A DNA stretch of 64,000 bases from a virus (taxonomy: Duplodnaviria; Caudoviricetes): positions 128,001-192,000 of IMG/VR virus record IMGVR_UViG_3300010346_000241; one strand, given 5' to 3'. Every line of letters starts with the position of its first letter. Positions within the stretch are counted from its first letter, which is position 1. The notes beneath the pieces were generated by a model, which had not been told where the DNA came from, did no database searches, and saw only the letters and a list, made by a program, of their open reading frames with translations. Below, piece after piece: positions 37,666-48,430 of this stretch. The position numbers and the translations under genes were made by a program.

Positions 37666-40091
37666 TGAAAGTTAATAGCGAACTTGACAAGATATACTTC
37701 GATCCTATAGCGAAGTACAAAGAAGTCCATGGACTCGACCCAGAGATAAACATCGACGATCAGATGATACGTTGGTATGATTCTTGGCAGAGTCCACCAT
37801 TAGCGAGATGGTTCACACCTCAGGACGTTAAGTTTATTGAGGATGTAGCTGTCTCACCAACGCTTACAACACATCCAATAGAGAAGTATCATCTTCTGGA
37901 TGAGTTTATGGCGAGCAGAGGGTTCAAGACTGAGATAGGTGGAACCAATCGTAGGTTCTATTCATCTGTAGAATTCCCTCAGTTTGGTGCTAAGATAAGC
38001 ACCTCATTAGAAGGGTTTAAGAACAATAAGGACGAGTTCAACGTTCAGCATGTTCTGAAGCCATACTGTACTAAAGTCTATGACGTTACCCAGTCTGGGG
38101 CAATAGCTTTGGATGAAGTTGGTATCAGAGTAGATAAGGACAGTATAGTCGATTATGGTGATCAGATCTTCGATATACTTGATATAGTATTCAGAAGAAG
38201 AAAGATCGCCATGACTGATGTAGGAATCGCTACTCCTAAGCAGTGGGTCATCAGAAGAAACTTCGGTCCAATCTTATGCGACTTCCCATCAGTAGTTATA
38301 CTTGATCCTAAGAAGTGCTATTGTACTAAGAGGATCAAAAGACATGGTATAGAAATGCCATGCAATGGTCTTATTGACTTCGATCTCGGGTTCAATAAGA
38401 TGGAGTGTACTGTCTGCGGACAGAAGTACGAGATCAAGAGCCTTATGGCCACAAACACAACCGCAATAAACAATAATACCACCTATGTAAAGGGTGGCTC
38501 AAACAGAAAAGGAGAGTTAAGTAATATGAGTATTGAAATTATCTTTGAGAAGGACGATGTTATCATCGATGGAGTAAGCCAGAAGACAAAGCAGGTTGTT
38601 ACACCTAGCAGAGCATCAAGCTTTATAGACATGGAGCATGCTCCTAAGGCAGCATCATCTACACCTATAACACCTGTCCCTGTAGCAGGCTCAATAGACA
38701 CAAAGGATGATATTAACTCATTCGTTAAGACTATGACAGAGCGTACAGAATTTATGGCAGACGAAACCTTCTCTTCAGCCCTTAATGTAATGGCAGAAGA
38801 CGATGAAGCAGAAGACAAGAAGGAAGAAGAGGTTATCGACGTCAAAGAAAATGAGACAACTCCTGTGGAGCATGTTGAAGCAGAAATCGTTGATGTTCCT
38901 GACGATACTGCAATCCTGAATTCCTATTCAGCCACTGCAGAAGTATTGGCTGACAAGTACAAAGGAAATCTCGAAGGATTAGCAGAGGACGAGGACAATA
39001 ATGAAGACACTGATGAAGACTACATCACTCGTAGTGAATTCGATATGTTCGCAACCTCAATCTACAACAAGATCAATGAGATCGAAGGAACTGTAAGCAT
39101 TCTTAGTGAGAAGGTTGATAATCTCACTACTGGTCTGAAAGACATCAACGATGAGTATACCAAAGATGCGGCTAAGATCAATGAGAACTTTGGTATAATC
39201 GAAGTAGATTCGAAAAGCTTGAAAGATAAGATCGGAGGAATCGTGTACGATTTCGGTGTAAAGTTCGGTAGCCTTGAAGACAAGATCGTAAGACTTAGCA
39301 ATGCTTTGGCAACTACAGATATCAATAAGAAAGATATCATCGAGGAAGCAGTTGAGAAGATCATACCTGCAATCTTCAAGCACCTTCCTGAACTTATAAG
39401 AGATCAGCTTCAGGAGTCGGAAGGAGAATCAGAGCCTAATGTTCCTGATGACGAGATTCCTAAGTCATGGCGATTGGAAGATCCTGTAGTGATTTCTGAA
39501 AGCGATGCTGCTGCTTATGCATCATCAGAAGAAGATACTGTTGAAGTAGAACCTTCAGATAACGACGTTCTTCTGAATAAGTATGATGACGATGGATCAT
39601 ATATAGATGACGAAGGTGCAGATGTAGCTCCCTCCAATGGTCCTATAGCAGCAAGCATAGAGTTTACATACATAGCGCCATTGAATGAGTTCATCATGGA
39701 AAAGGTAAAGATCATCAAAGATGCAGCTGAGAAAGGTCAACTGTTCCCTTGGACGATGAAGCCTGGTGATACAACTCCTCATCCTGAGAAGCAGGTATAC
39801 GAAGGATCCACTTTTGCTCCTCAGCCTAAGAAAGAAGATTCTGACTTGGGCGAAGAGGAACAGTCATTTAGAGACTATGTATACGACAGATATGCTGAAG
39901 AAGACGAAGACGATTCAATGACAATCAAGACTTCTTCAGTTATCACAAACAACACCCCTGCTGGTTACTATGATCCTGCCAAGGCAGCAAGAGCTAAGAA
40001 GTTCGCTAACAAGCAGAACAAGAAGAACAACAGGGACAACGACTATAACGGCGGCGGTAAGCACAATAAGAAGAACAAGAAGCATCACTAA
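37665..40091 (+). CDS. protein kinase-like domain plus Zn ribbon plus long acidic region
   Basis: IGGTNRR, GAKI, N..EF, MTDVG and ILCDF resemble kinase subdomains; C..C pairs; acidic and coiled-coil C-terminal part. Confidence 0.55.
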   Translation: MKVNSELDKIYFDPIAKYKEVHGLDPEINIDDQMIRWYDSWQSPPLARWFTPQDVKFIEDVAVSPTLTTHPIEKYHLLDEFMASRGFKTEIGGTNRRFYSSVEFPQFGAKISTSLEGFKNNKDEFNVQHVLKPYCTKVYDVTQSGAIALDEVGIRVDKDSIVDYGDQIFDILDIVFRRRKIAMTDVGIATPKQWVIRRNFGPILCDFPSVVILDPKKCYCTKRIKRHGIEMPCNGLIDFDLGFNKMECTVCGQKYEIKSLMATNTTAINNNTTYVKGGSNRKGELSNMSIEIIFEKDDVIIDGVSQKTKQVVTPSRASSFIDMEHAPKAASSTPITPVPVAGSIDTKDDINSFVKTMTERTEFMADETFSSALNVMAEDDEAEDKKEEEVIDVKENETTPVEHVEAEIVDVPDDTAILNSYSATAEVLADKYKGNLEGLAEDEDNNEDTDEDYITRSEFDMFATSIYNKINEIEGTVSILSEKVDNLTTGLKDINDEYTKDAAKINENFGIIEVDSKSLKDKIGGIVYDFGVKFGSLEDKIVRLSNALATTDINKKDIIEEAVEKIIPAIFKHLPELIRDQLQESEGESEPNVPDDEIPKSWRLEDPVVISESDAAAYASSEEDTVEVEPSDNDVLLNKYDDDGSYIDDEGADVAPSNGPIAASIEFTYIAPLNEFIMEKVKIIKDAAEKGQLFPWTMKPGDTTPHPEKQVYEGSTFAPQPKKEDSDLGEEEQSFRDYVYDRYAEEDEDDSMTIKTSSVITNNTPAGYYDPAKAARAKKFANKQNKKNNRDNDYNGGGKHNKKNKKHH

Positions 40092-40146
40092 GCATTATGG
40101 GGGTGATCTTACTCACCCCCTAACACTATAAAAAGGAGGTAATAGT

Positions 40147-40731
40147 ATGGCACTTGCGTACTACATCAACAACGGCAACGAACTCGCTGCAGTAAGACAG
40201 GCTCTTGCTAATAGCGGTCGTAAACATTTTGTGATTCTGCTTGATGATCCTATGATCGATCAGGCACAAGTTCAGGCATTAGGAGCTCAGAATATATTGA
40301 TCGGAAGTATTCTGCTTCCTGATCTGAACTGTTTTGAAATGCTTCAGAATGGAGACAGATATAAGTTTGAGATAAACTACATCAACTATCTTGTCAACTC
40401 CGATATGACTCCAGGGATAGATGAGTTCATCTCAATAATAGCAGCAAAGATGGTCTTTGAGGATATTGACTTTATCTTCTATCAGGAAGGTGGAGATAAG
40501 ATAGTCAATAATCTTGATCCTAAGGCATTTACAAATGTACTTTTTGACGTGTTCAGAAAGTACTATGGCATAATGGTATGCACTTTCCCACAGATGCCTA
40601 ATACATCTAGTATCGATCCTGCATATGTAGGTCAGATACAGAACAAGGCTTATGCTTACGGTGTATATGCAGTACCTCAGCAGCAGCCACAGCAGCAGAT
40701 GCTGTTCACACCTATGTGGGGTGGTCAGTAA
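40147..40731 (+). CDS. hypothetical protein
   Basis: AAAGGAGG RBS. Confidence 0.75.
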   Translation: MALAYYINNGNELAAVRQALANSGRKHFVILLDDPMIDQAQVQALGAQNILIGSILLPDLNCFEMLQNGDRYKFEINYINYLVNSDMTPGIDEFISIIAAKMVFEDIDFIFYQEGGDKIVNNLDPKAFTNVLFDVFRKYYGIMVCTFPQMPNTSSIDPAYVGQIQNKAYAYGVYAVPQQQPQQQMLFTPMWGGQ

Positions 40732-41213
40732 TGATAGCCTTCTCACAATTCCCGTTTACCAGAGGCAATACGGATACAATGATAGTCTCATTGTGTTCGT
40801 ATAGAGAGGGATTCACGAACATATCTTTCTTAGACCCCTTCAACTATAGTAGCAACTATGCCATGTATAATGATGATGCTCAGTTCAATCGTTTCTGTTA
40901 TGACTTGTGGACAGCTAATCCAGAAGCTCATAAAGTGATTGTAGATATCATGCGTTATGTTCATTATGGTAATGACGTTGTTATCTTAGTTGACTTCAGC
41001 ATTCCATATGCAGAGTATCTTGCTGAGACAATGGCAGGTTATCTGTTAATGATGTATGGATGCCCAAGCAATATAATCAAAGAACCCGAAGACGTTGAGA
41101 CAATCAAAGAAGCTACATTCTCTGATAGAGGATTAGAGCAAGTAGAGCTTGATCTCGGATGGGTTCGACAAAACTTTGCCTGGAGTGATCTTCCTAACGA
41201 TCCTCCAGACTAA
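40731..41213 (+). CDS. hypothetical protein
   Basis: TAATG stop/start coupling with the previous gene. Confidence 0.7.
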   Translation: MIAFSQFPFTRGNTDTMIVSLCSYREGFTNISFLDPFNYSSNYAMYNDDAQFNRFCYDLWTANPEAHKVIVDIMRYVHYGNDVVILVDFSIPYAEYLAETMAGYLLMMYGCPSNIIKEPEDVETIKEATFSDRGLEQVELDLGWVRQNFAWSDLPNDPPD

Positions 41214-41225
41214 GGAGGAAACCGT

Positions 41226-42032
41226 ATGAGCATATGGAAGAAGACCAATTATACTACTCCACTATGTTACATTCAGACTAGTATATATGAGTATGACATA
41301 CGAAAGGCAAACATCTCCATCTTGTTAAAGTATGGAGCTATCTCAAAAGATACCTATAATGAGTTCCTTGTAATGGATAAACAGGAACGTCAGATCAAGA
41401 TAGGTCTCATGCAAAGGAAAAACCCAAAGCTCAAGCAAGTTCTTGAGACTGGGTTTGAGGAAGCTAGAAAACTTCTCATAGAATCCAACTCTATAGAATT
41501 GGATGAGATCGTTTCGATAAAGAAAGATGCACTCTTTATCACTCGTCCACTACAACATACCTCGTTCTCTCCTATAGAGTTTGTCTTGAAGAATCGATAC
41601 GACTTGTTTCTCAAGACAGAGTGTCCTAAGTTAGAATTCTTCTTCGGAGTAGCTACAGATGAAGATTCTATCATAGACGTGAAGGGTGTTAAGGACGAAG
41701 CACTTCAGATTCACTATGACACTTGGATTACATTTCTATGTACTCTCTTCGGTCACCTGATGAACGGAGATATTAAATCTGCGATCAACTACCTAAGTGA
41801 CATATCGAAGAAGTATATCAATAGATCACTCCCTGTAGAATGGTATAGGGAGTTCAATAGTCAGTCTCACTTTAGAATCATGCCTGGATTCGTAAGTGAG
41901 TTTACTATAGATAGGGCACCAGACCCACCATACATGGGAGCGTTAAACATTGAGTATAACTACAACCTGTTGATGAGTCTGAATACAGTAGTCTCTGAAC
42001 TGTATCTTATGACAAGGAGGGGAGGGCGCTAG
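41226..42032 (+). CDS. small family-B DNA polymerase palm-like protein
   Basis: IYEYDIRKANIS (motif A-like) and VSIKKDALF (motif C-like). Confidence 0.5.
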   Translation: MSIWKKTNYTTPLCYIQTSIYEYDIRKANISILLKYGAISKDTYNEFLVMDKQERQIKIGLMQRKNPKLKQVLETGFEEARKLLIESNSIELDEIVSIKKDALFITRPLQHTSFSPIEFVLKNRYDLFLKTECPKLEFFFGVATDEDSIIDVKGVKDEALQIHYDTWITFLCTLFGHLMNGDIKSAINYLSDISKKYINRSLPVEWYREFNSQSHFRIMPGFVSEFTIDRAPDPPYMGALNIEYNYNLLMSLNTVVSELYLMTRRGGR

Positions 42033-42104
42033 GCTCTCCCCTAGCCCTTATTTTTTCTTGTTCCGAAACATCTAAGTAACAATCAACACAAAGGAGGAAA
42101 CGTA

Positions 42105-45100
42105 ATGAGTACAGAACTTCTCACTAGACGTATGGACCTTATCCATACGCTTACACAAGAGACTGGATCGTCAGGTCCAGCTGTCAATCACCTCACTATG
42201 GATACATCTTATCCTGTTAAAGTGAAAGGTATAATCCTTAAAGAATACTTAGCAACTGCTACTCTTCCTAACTATCCATATAGCTCTTGGCATAAGGTGT
42301 TCGATGTCAAGAACCAGAATAACGATGTAGTTGCTCAGTTTACAGCAGACCAATGTTTCGATTTCGATGGTGGCCCATTAGATTCTCTTCCAGATGTAGG
42401 AGAGTATGTAATGGCTCTTATAGATCTTGATGCTAACAAGATCTTCATAGCTCCTACTAATGAGATAGGTGGAGGATCGTTCAAAGAGTTTCGTAGACAG
42501 ATAGTCGAAGATGAAAGCGCTACTCTTGTAAGTGATGCTGACCCTATCATAGATATGAAGTCTATAAACCCATTGACATTCTACAGCTATAGTACAACTG
42601 AAGGAGCAAGCAATACTAAGAGACAGTATCCTGAAGATTACTACGATAAGTCTGTTTCAGAGCGTATGGTTAGTAGCACTATGCAGATAGTTGCAAATAA
42701 GCTTAAGACTAAGAAGGGTAAAGCATCTGCTTTGTTCCTTGTGCAGAAGAAGACTAACAAAACGTATGGAGTAGTCTCCAGAGATGTCGATAAAGCACAT
42801 ATGTACTTTGTAGACATCAACCCTTCTGAGATGTATATATCAGACAAAATAGATCCTCAGCCTACATTGTACTGTGGTACATTCAATGACACCGATAGTA
42901 ATGCATATAACTATATCTTCCCTGTAGACACCAATGCTCCTGGTACTCTTAAGATGTACTCTGTAGATCTCGACAGAGAAATAGAAGAAGTTGTTAATTC
43001 TGCTGCTGGTACGTCATATAATCTGCTCTCGAGAGCTGCTGCAGCTCAACAGAATAACTGTATGAACTACTCTTTCATTCGAAACAATGAAGATCTTGTA
43101 GTATATCAGTTCTATCCCTACCAGCCAGAGCACGGTAGTAACGGTCTTGCAATGGCTCCTATAGCAAACGTCGAGATAGACGACCTCAATCGTCTTCAGT
43201 CTAACGTAGCTGTATGTGCATTCATGACTCCTAATGGAGATTCTGGAGAATATGGATCAGTCTACGGTAAACTTGCTGGAGGATATGCTACTATATTAGC
43301 AACTCAGGCTATTGTTCAGACTATAGGTAACCTCTCAGAACCATTCAGAACAAAATATGCTATACCTTACTCTTCTGACCCTATGTCTGCTTACCAGAGT
43401 ATCATGGATAGAGAGAATGGTTCTAATCCACTTAGACTTACTCCATATCCTGGTGGATATTTTGAGTATATCGAAAAACTGAATGAACTTTCTAAGTATT
43501 ATCTGACTATAGCCTTTACAGGCAGTGGTGCTAGTGTAGACTATATGAACCAACGTATTAAGTTCGTTCCCGTAAGAGATGTAGATAACTATATATCTCT
43601 TACGTCTCAGAGACTAATAGATTTCAGAATCAATGGTGTAGGTACCGAGATCAATATAGAGAACTCTGATTATGCTCCGTATATCACTACTCATTGGTGG
43701 AGTACTGGAGCTAATGGTAGTAAGAACTTCGGAATAGATATGTTTACCAACCCTTCAAACAACCATCTTGTGCTTGCTGGTAACGGTAATGGTCTGTTTG
43801 GTGCCAACGACGATCAGTTCGTAGAACTCTCTTCTACAATCGATCCTTTCACTAAGACATCTGTTACACCTGCTACGGATGATCGTTATTGCACGGCAAC
43901 TTACTTGATGTCTGACAGTATCATTGAAGAGATCAAGACAGCTACAAGCATACCTGATGCTGAATGTAGCGAGGTTATGTTTAACTTCAAAGTTGTTCAT
44001 ATCGATAAGGATATTGAAGACATTGTATACAAGCTTGATGACAGTGCTCATGGTACAACTTTCACTTCCAAGATACAGCTTGATTACTCACAAGGTAACG
44101 CTAAGTTCCTCATAGGAACCAATCTTTCTACTCCGAAGTATACATTCGAGTATGAGATATCCAACTTCGATGTGATACCTCACTACATTAACAACTACGG
44201 CGATGCAGGTAGAAACTTCTTCTCAGTACGTAAGCTTCATATAGACTATCCTCATATGGTCAACTTTGATACCAAGGAAATACTCTATGAGCGTCTTACA
44301 GTATTTATACTTCAAGAGTTTACTCGTGCTGAGTTTGCTGAAAATGGCAACCCTGCACAGATATTACGTCCTATCAGTGTAGTACAGAATCTTGGTGTAG
44401 ATGAAATGCACATAGATTCATTCCAGCTCTTTGAGGACAGAGAGTTCACTACAGTAGTAACTAAGGCTATGTATGAGGCTTATAAAACCACCGCAGTCGA
44501 CAAGACTCTCTATTACTACACTGGCCAGAACGACGATGCACATAAGACTAGTGGTTGGCAAGAGAGATCTATCACAATTCACTTTACTCCTGCACCTTCT
44601 GGTTCTACTGATATACAGCAGAATGATGTATTCTATCAAGAGAATCTCGTTCAGCATTCATGGAACGCTTCAACAAGTTCTTGGGAGAGTGCTACTTGTG
44701 CTAGAAACAAGTATATCATAAGACCTAGAGGTGTAAGACTGTTCCCATACTCTGTAGCTCAGGTAGTTCCTTCATCTATAGCATTCTATCAGCCTAGCTG
44801 TCCTTATCCAAGAGTGCCTAGGATGAATGAGTTCCCTCCTCGTCCAGATACTCAGTACGGAATCGACTTCCAGAAGTGGTTTAAGACTATAGACTGTTGG
44901 AAACTCTTCGACAGAAATGAGACTACTGCTCTTGAGAAGATGGCTATGTACAACAGAGGTATCGACGAGAAGTTTATCTATACTGATGCAAGTAAGACTA
45001 AGTATAGAAGTCTGTATGACTTCATGTATGATCTCTTTACTAAGGACATCGGTAACGGAAAGGGTAAAGCCAAAGTCACAGATAAAAGTAGGAATTTTGA

Positions 45101-46478
45101 GGCAATCAATACTACGATGAGCTTCTTCGATGCGAATACCGCTATCACTTGGCAAGAAGGTAACTCATATTCTACAACGGCAAGGTATGAGTTCAATGTA
45201 ACATCAGACCATCCTCATGGTGGTATAGATACATACCTCAGAGACAAGACTGATCCTACTATAGATTACTCAGTAAACGAGGCTAACAGAATCAATGTAG
45301 CTAAGGTTACTACTGGTCTAAAGAAGGTAACTGCTCTTTCGCTGACCGATGAGAACGGCGATAAGCTTATTCTTACAGGTACTGGTGTAGATCTTATAGA
45401 GGCCGACACTATCAACTGGAAGGATCTTCTGTTAGGACTTAGTTCTAATAGAAGTATAGATATAGCTGGTCCTCTTTCAGGAATGAAGCGTTATGCTAAG
45501 TCAAACCATAAGCTGGAAGAGCATAATAGGCAGTCTACAACTGGTTATGCTATGATCTACAACTCAGACGGTACAAGTACTGGTATGGCTATCGAAGGTT
45601 ATGATAGATATAACTGGGCTAAGGCATTCTGGTCAGACTCGATGATAATAGATCTTCCTAATCTTCCAGCATATTGGTATATCGACGCCAATACTGGAAT
45701 TGTTGGTAGTGAGATAGATACAGTACTTCCTGTAATCTGTCCTATCTTAGGAGCATCATTCAAGGGTCTTTCGAATATCGCTAATGCTTATCTTGCTGGA
45801 GATTCTGATCCTGTAAGATATGAAGCATTCATGTTTAAGGTAGTTAAACAGTCTCATGAAGCCACAAGACTGGCATTCGTTGAGGTTAATACTGAAGACG
45901 GACTTATAGAAAGACTAGCTGACATGTCTGTTACTGCTCCTATAGTATTCATAGCAGGATATCCAGCTCGTATAGAAATCGATACTGTAAATCACAGATT
46001 CTTCATCAAGTCTGGCTTCCAGGAGATACTCAACAGAAAGGTCTTCTATCACCACATTGCAGAAAGAGAAGAAACTACTGGTACTATAGAAGGAAGAAAG
46101 GCTCCTCTTGCACTGGGATTCTTCAAGATTTCTGGTCACCATACATCTTCTTCAGCTTCTAAGGTCAGCTCAGTATTCAACACATCGGATACAAAGTTCT
46201 CAAACGATTACGTTGATGGACTCTACTATGCAACAGCAGAGGAAGGAATCCTTAGATCTACCACAAGAGTCCTCACATTTAGATGGGATGATACTCTCAC
46301 TATAACTGGTACTAACGATAATAAGGTTCCGATATACAATCCTTCTGCTTCTGGATATGCAGCACTCTATACTGACACTACTATCGATAGTAATGACGGT
46401 AAGGAGTTCGTTTGTGTATTTGATGCTAAGGGAAGAATCACTTCTATGACTGTTGTGGGAGACGATCCTTCATTCTAA
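42105..46478 (+). CDS. large virion structural protein (tail/baseplate-associated)
   Basis: 1457 aa, beta-rich composition; AACA-tctaag-TA late promoter at 42067-42078. Confidence 0.65.
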   Translation: MSTELLTRRMDLIHTLTQETGSSGPAVNHLTMDTSYPVKVKGIILKEYLATATLPNYPYSSWHKVFDVKNQNNDVVAQFTADQCFDFDGGPLDSLPDVGEYVMALIDLDANKIFIAPTNEIGGGSFKEFRRQIVEDESATLVSDADPIIDMKSINPLTFYSYSTTEGASNTKRQYPEDYYDKSVSERMVSSTMQIVANKLKTKKGKASALFLVQKKTNKTYGVVSRDVDKAHMYFVDINPSEMYISDKIDPQPTLYCGTFNDTDSNAYNYIFPVDTNAPGTLKMYSVDLDREIEEVVNSAAGTSYNLLSRAAAAQQNNCMNYSFIRNNEDLVVYQFYPYQPEHGSNGLAMAPIANVEIDDLNRLQSNVAVCAFMTPNGDSGEYGSVYGKLAGGYATILATQAIVQTIGNLSEPFRTKYAIPYSSDPMSAYQSIMDRENGSNPLRLTPYPGGYFEYIEKLNELSKYYLTIAFTGSGASVDYMNQRIKFVPVRDVDNYISLTSQRLIDFRINGVGTEINIENSDYAPYITTHWWSTGANGSKNFGIDMFTNPSNNHLVLAGNGNGLFGANDDQFVELSSTIDPFTKTSVTPATDDRYCTATYLMSDSIIEEIKTATSIPDAECSEVMFNFKVVHIDKDIEDIVYKLDDSAHGTTFTSKIQLDYSQGNAKFLIGTNLSTPKYTFEYEISNFDVIPHYINNYGDAGRNFFSVRKLHIDYPHMVNFDTKEILYERLTVFILQEFTRAEFAENGNPAQILRPISVVQNLGVDEMHIDSFQLFEDREFTTVVTKAMYEAYKTTAVDKTLYYYTGQNDDAHKTSGWQERSITIHFTPAPSGSTDIQQNDVFYQENLVQHSWNASTSSWESATCARNKYIIRPRGVRLFPYSVAQVVPSSIAFYQPSCPYPRVPRMNEFPPRPDTQYGIDFQKWFKTIDCWKLFDRNETTALEKMAMYNRGIDEKFIYTDASKTKYRSLYDFMYDLFTKDIGNGKGKAKVTDKSRNFEAINTTMSFFDANTAITWQEGNSYSTTARYEFNVTSDHPHGGIDTYLRDKTDPTIDYSVNEANRINVAKVTTGLKKVTALSLTDENGDKLILTGTGVDLIEADTINWKDLLLGLSSNRSIDIAGPLSGMKRYAKSNHKLEEHNRQSTTGYAMIYNSDGTSTGMAIEGYDRYNWAKAFWSDSMIIDLPNLPAYWYIDANTGIVGSEIDTVLPVICPILGASFKGLSNIANAYLAGDSDPVRYEAFMFKVVKQSHEATRLAFVEVNTEDGLIERLADMSVTAPIVFIAGYPARIEIDTVNHRFFIKSGFQEILNRKVFYHHIAEREETTGTIEGRKAPLALGFFKISGHHTSSSASKVSSVFNTSDTKFSNDYVDGLYYATAEEGILRSTTRVLTFRWDDTLTITGTNDNKVPIYNPSASGYAALYTDTTIDSNDGKEFVCVFDAKGRITSMTVVGDDPSF

Positions 46479-46550
46479 TCGACATTTAGGGGTCTACCTA
46501 TGTAGGCCCCTAAACATTTATATAATAATAACCGTAAAGGAGGTTACACT

Positions 46551-47687
46551 ATGTACAGAGGTATAGACGTCTCATACTTCCAGGGCAATATAAACTGGAA
46601 TGCTGTAAAGCAGTCTGGTATTGACTTTGTCATTATTCGTGCTGGATATGGTAGACTTATCTCACAAAAGGACGTAAAGTTTGAAGAGTACTATGCTGGT
46701 GCTAAAGCTGCTGGCCTTATGGTTGGTACTTACTGGTATTCTTATGCTATGTCTGCTGCAGAGGCTCGCATAGAAGCTGACTGTTTCCTTCAGGCTATCA
46801 AGGGTAAGACATTCGACTACCCTCTCTTCTACGATGTAGAGGAAGGAAAACAGAGAGGCATTGTAAACGAGATCATTCCCGCATTCCTTGAGAAGGTTAA
46901 AGCTGCAGGATACTACGTAGGACTTTACACATTCTACGATATGTCCAAGGCGGTATCAACCCAGATCAAGAACACATACGATGTCTGGATAGCTCATACA
47001 GGAGTAAACAAGACTCCTTATACTGGCCATACTATGTGGCAGTATAGCTGGACTCTTAAGATTCCTGGAATTCCTAATAGCTATATCGACGGCGTAGATG
47101 GAGACTACTGCTATGTAGATTACCCTGCAAAGATCAAGGGTGCTAAGTCTGTAGTGGAGCAGCCTAAGGAAGAGCCTAAGCCTGTTCAGCAGCCTACTCA
47201 GGCACCTACAACAAACCCGAATCTTCTCCATCTCAACAATACTCCTCTCTATACATCGTCTACTGCTAAGAATGCTTCTGGTACTAAGACTGGTACATTC
47301 TACAAGTATGACGACAAGGTCGTTAACGGACGTATTCGTATCACCAATTCGGCAGCTAATGTAGGAAAGACTCCTATTGGTAACTATGTTACTGGTTGGA
47401 TAGATGCCCCTACATCAACAGCAGCTCCCGTTCAGGAAGCTAAGAAGGAAGAGACTGCATCTGCTCCCGCTATATCGGCAGGACAGAAGGTTAATCTTTC
47501 CAGTGTTGATCTCTTCACATCGTCTACTGCCAAGAATCCTTCTGGTAAGAAGTCTGGTACTTTCTATCTCTACGATAATAAAGTGCTCAACGGACGTATC
47601 AGAATCACCAATACTCCTGGCAACGTAGGCAGAACACCTATCGGCAATTATGTAACTGGCTGGATTTCAGTGTCCAATGTCAAGTGA
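46551..47687 (+). CDS. GH25 endolysin with two tandem cell-wall-binding repeats
   Basis: GIDVSYFQG, IRAGYG, GTYWYSYA, YDVE, WIA, MWQYS and VDGD; two ~60-aa repeats ending GNYVTGWI; late promoter at 46513-46524. Confidence 0.92.
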   Translation: MYRGIDVSYFQGNINWNAVKQSGIDFVIIRAGYGRLISQKDVKFEEYYAGAKAAGLMVGTYWYSYAMSAAEARIEADCFLQAIKGKTFDYPLFYDVEEGKQRGIVNEIIPAFLEKVKAAGYYVGLYTFYDMSKAVSTQIKNTYDVWIAHTGVNKTPYTGHTMWQYSWTLKIPGIPNSYIDGVDGDYCYVDYPAKIKGAKSVVEQPKEEPKPVQQPTQAPTTNPNLLHLNNTPLYTSSTAKNASGTKTGTFYKYDDKVVNGRIRITNSAANVGKTPIGNYVTGWIDAPTSTAAPVQEAKKEETASAPAISAGQKVNLSSVDLFTSSTAKNPSGKKSGTFYLYDNKVLNGRIRITNTPGNVGRTPIGNYVTGWISVSNVK

Positions 47688-47783
47688 CATATATACGGAG
47701 GGGGGCAATAGCCTCCCTCTGTCATTGCTGTTCATTACACCCTCCGTAACCATTCTATAATCATTTTAAAGGAGGGACAGTTT

Positions 47784-48227
47784 ATGTCTATCAAGAAAAC
47801 TCATAGCTTCATCGATAAGAACGGTAAAGATTCATTTTTACGTTTTTGTGTGAAGCGAATGGGATACACACCAACACACAGTTTTGACACATATGAAGAG
47901 CAATATGACATCTGCATCACAATACTGGAACGATATCTCAAAGTTAAATCTATTCCTCAACTCCAAACGGCCATCATTGATAAGCAAGTAAGTCTGTCAT
48001 TCTTTAGGGATGATTTGTGGGGAATAGTGAGATTGTTCATGTTCATTAAGGGGTATAACATCGGACTCCATTGTGAGTTTGATAAGGACGTGTTCAGAGC
48101 ACTACAAGACTTCAGAAAGATTCATTCTATCTACGTCAGACCTCTCAATAGCGATATTGCTGTGTCACCAGTAGAGTTGCTAGCTATTATTGACGAGAAG
48201 AAAACTAGTGTTAAAGAGACCGAATAA
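47784..48227 (+). CDS. hypothetical protein with degenerate peptidoglycan-binding-like C-terminus
   Basis: GYNIGLHCEFDKDVFRALQDFRKIHSI weakly resembles PG_binding_1; late promoter at 47748-47759. Confidence 0.55.
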   Translation: MSIKKTHSFIDKNGKDSFLRFCVKRMGYTPTHSFDTYEEQYDICITILERYLKVKSIPQLQTAIIDKQVSLSFFRDDLWGIVRLFMFIKGYNIGLHCEFDKDVFRALQDFRKIHSIYVRPLNSDIAVSPVELLAIIDEKKTSVKETE

Positions 48228-48255
48228 CACTTTACTATAGACATAACACTATAGT

Positions 48256-48430
48256 GAGCGGGATGTTGACGGATTCGTTCCGCTGCGGATTGTTTAACAC
48301 TATGTATGTATTATTCTAGCTATCGGTTCAGTCATGTATTGCCTATTGAGCCCTCGGTTGTCGTTTGGCGTAGCGACATCCAATCTTCAAGTGGTGCTCG
48401 ATTTGGCTCTACAGAACCAATTCTCACCCC
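48256..48430 (+). ncRNA. putative ~175-nt structured ncRNA
   Basis: AACA-ctatag-TG promoter (48245-48256), several hairpins, terminator at 48436-48465; the next gene has its own promoter. Confidence 0.55.

Noticed and set aside
48256-48430. tmRNA (5' GGGATGTTGACGGATTCG resembles Firmicute tmRNA starts)
   Set aside because: Too short, with no T-arm/CCA 3' end and no recognisable tag ORF.
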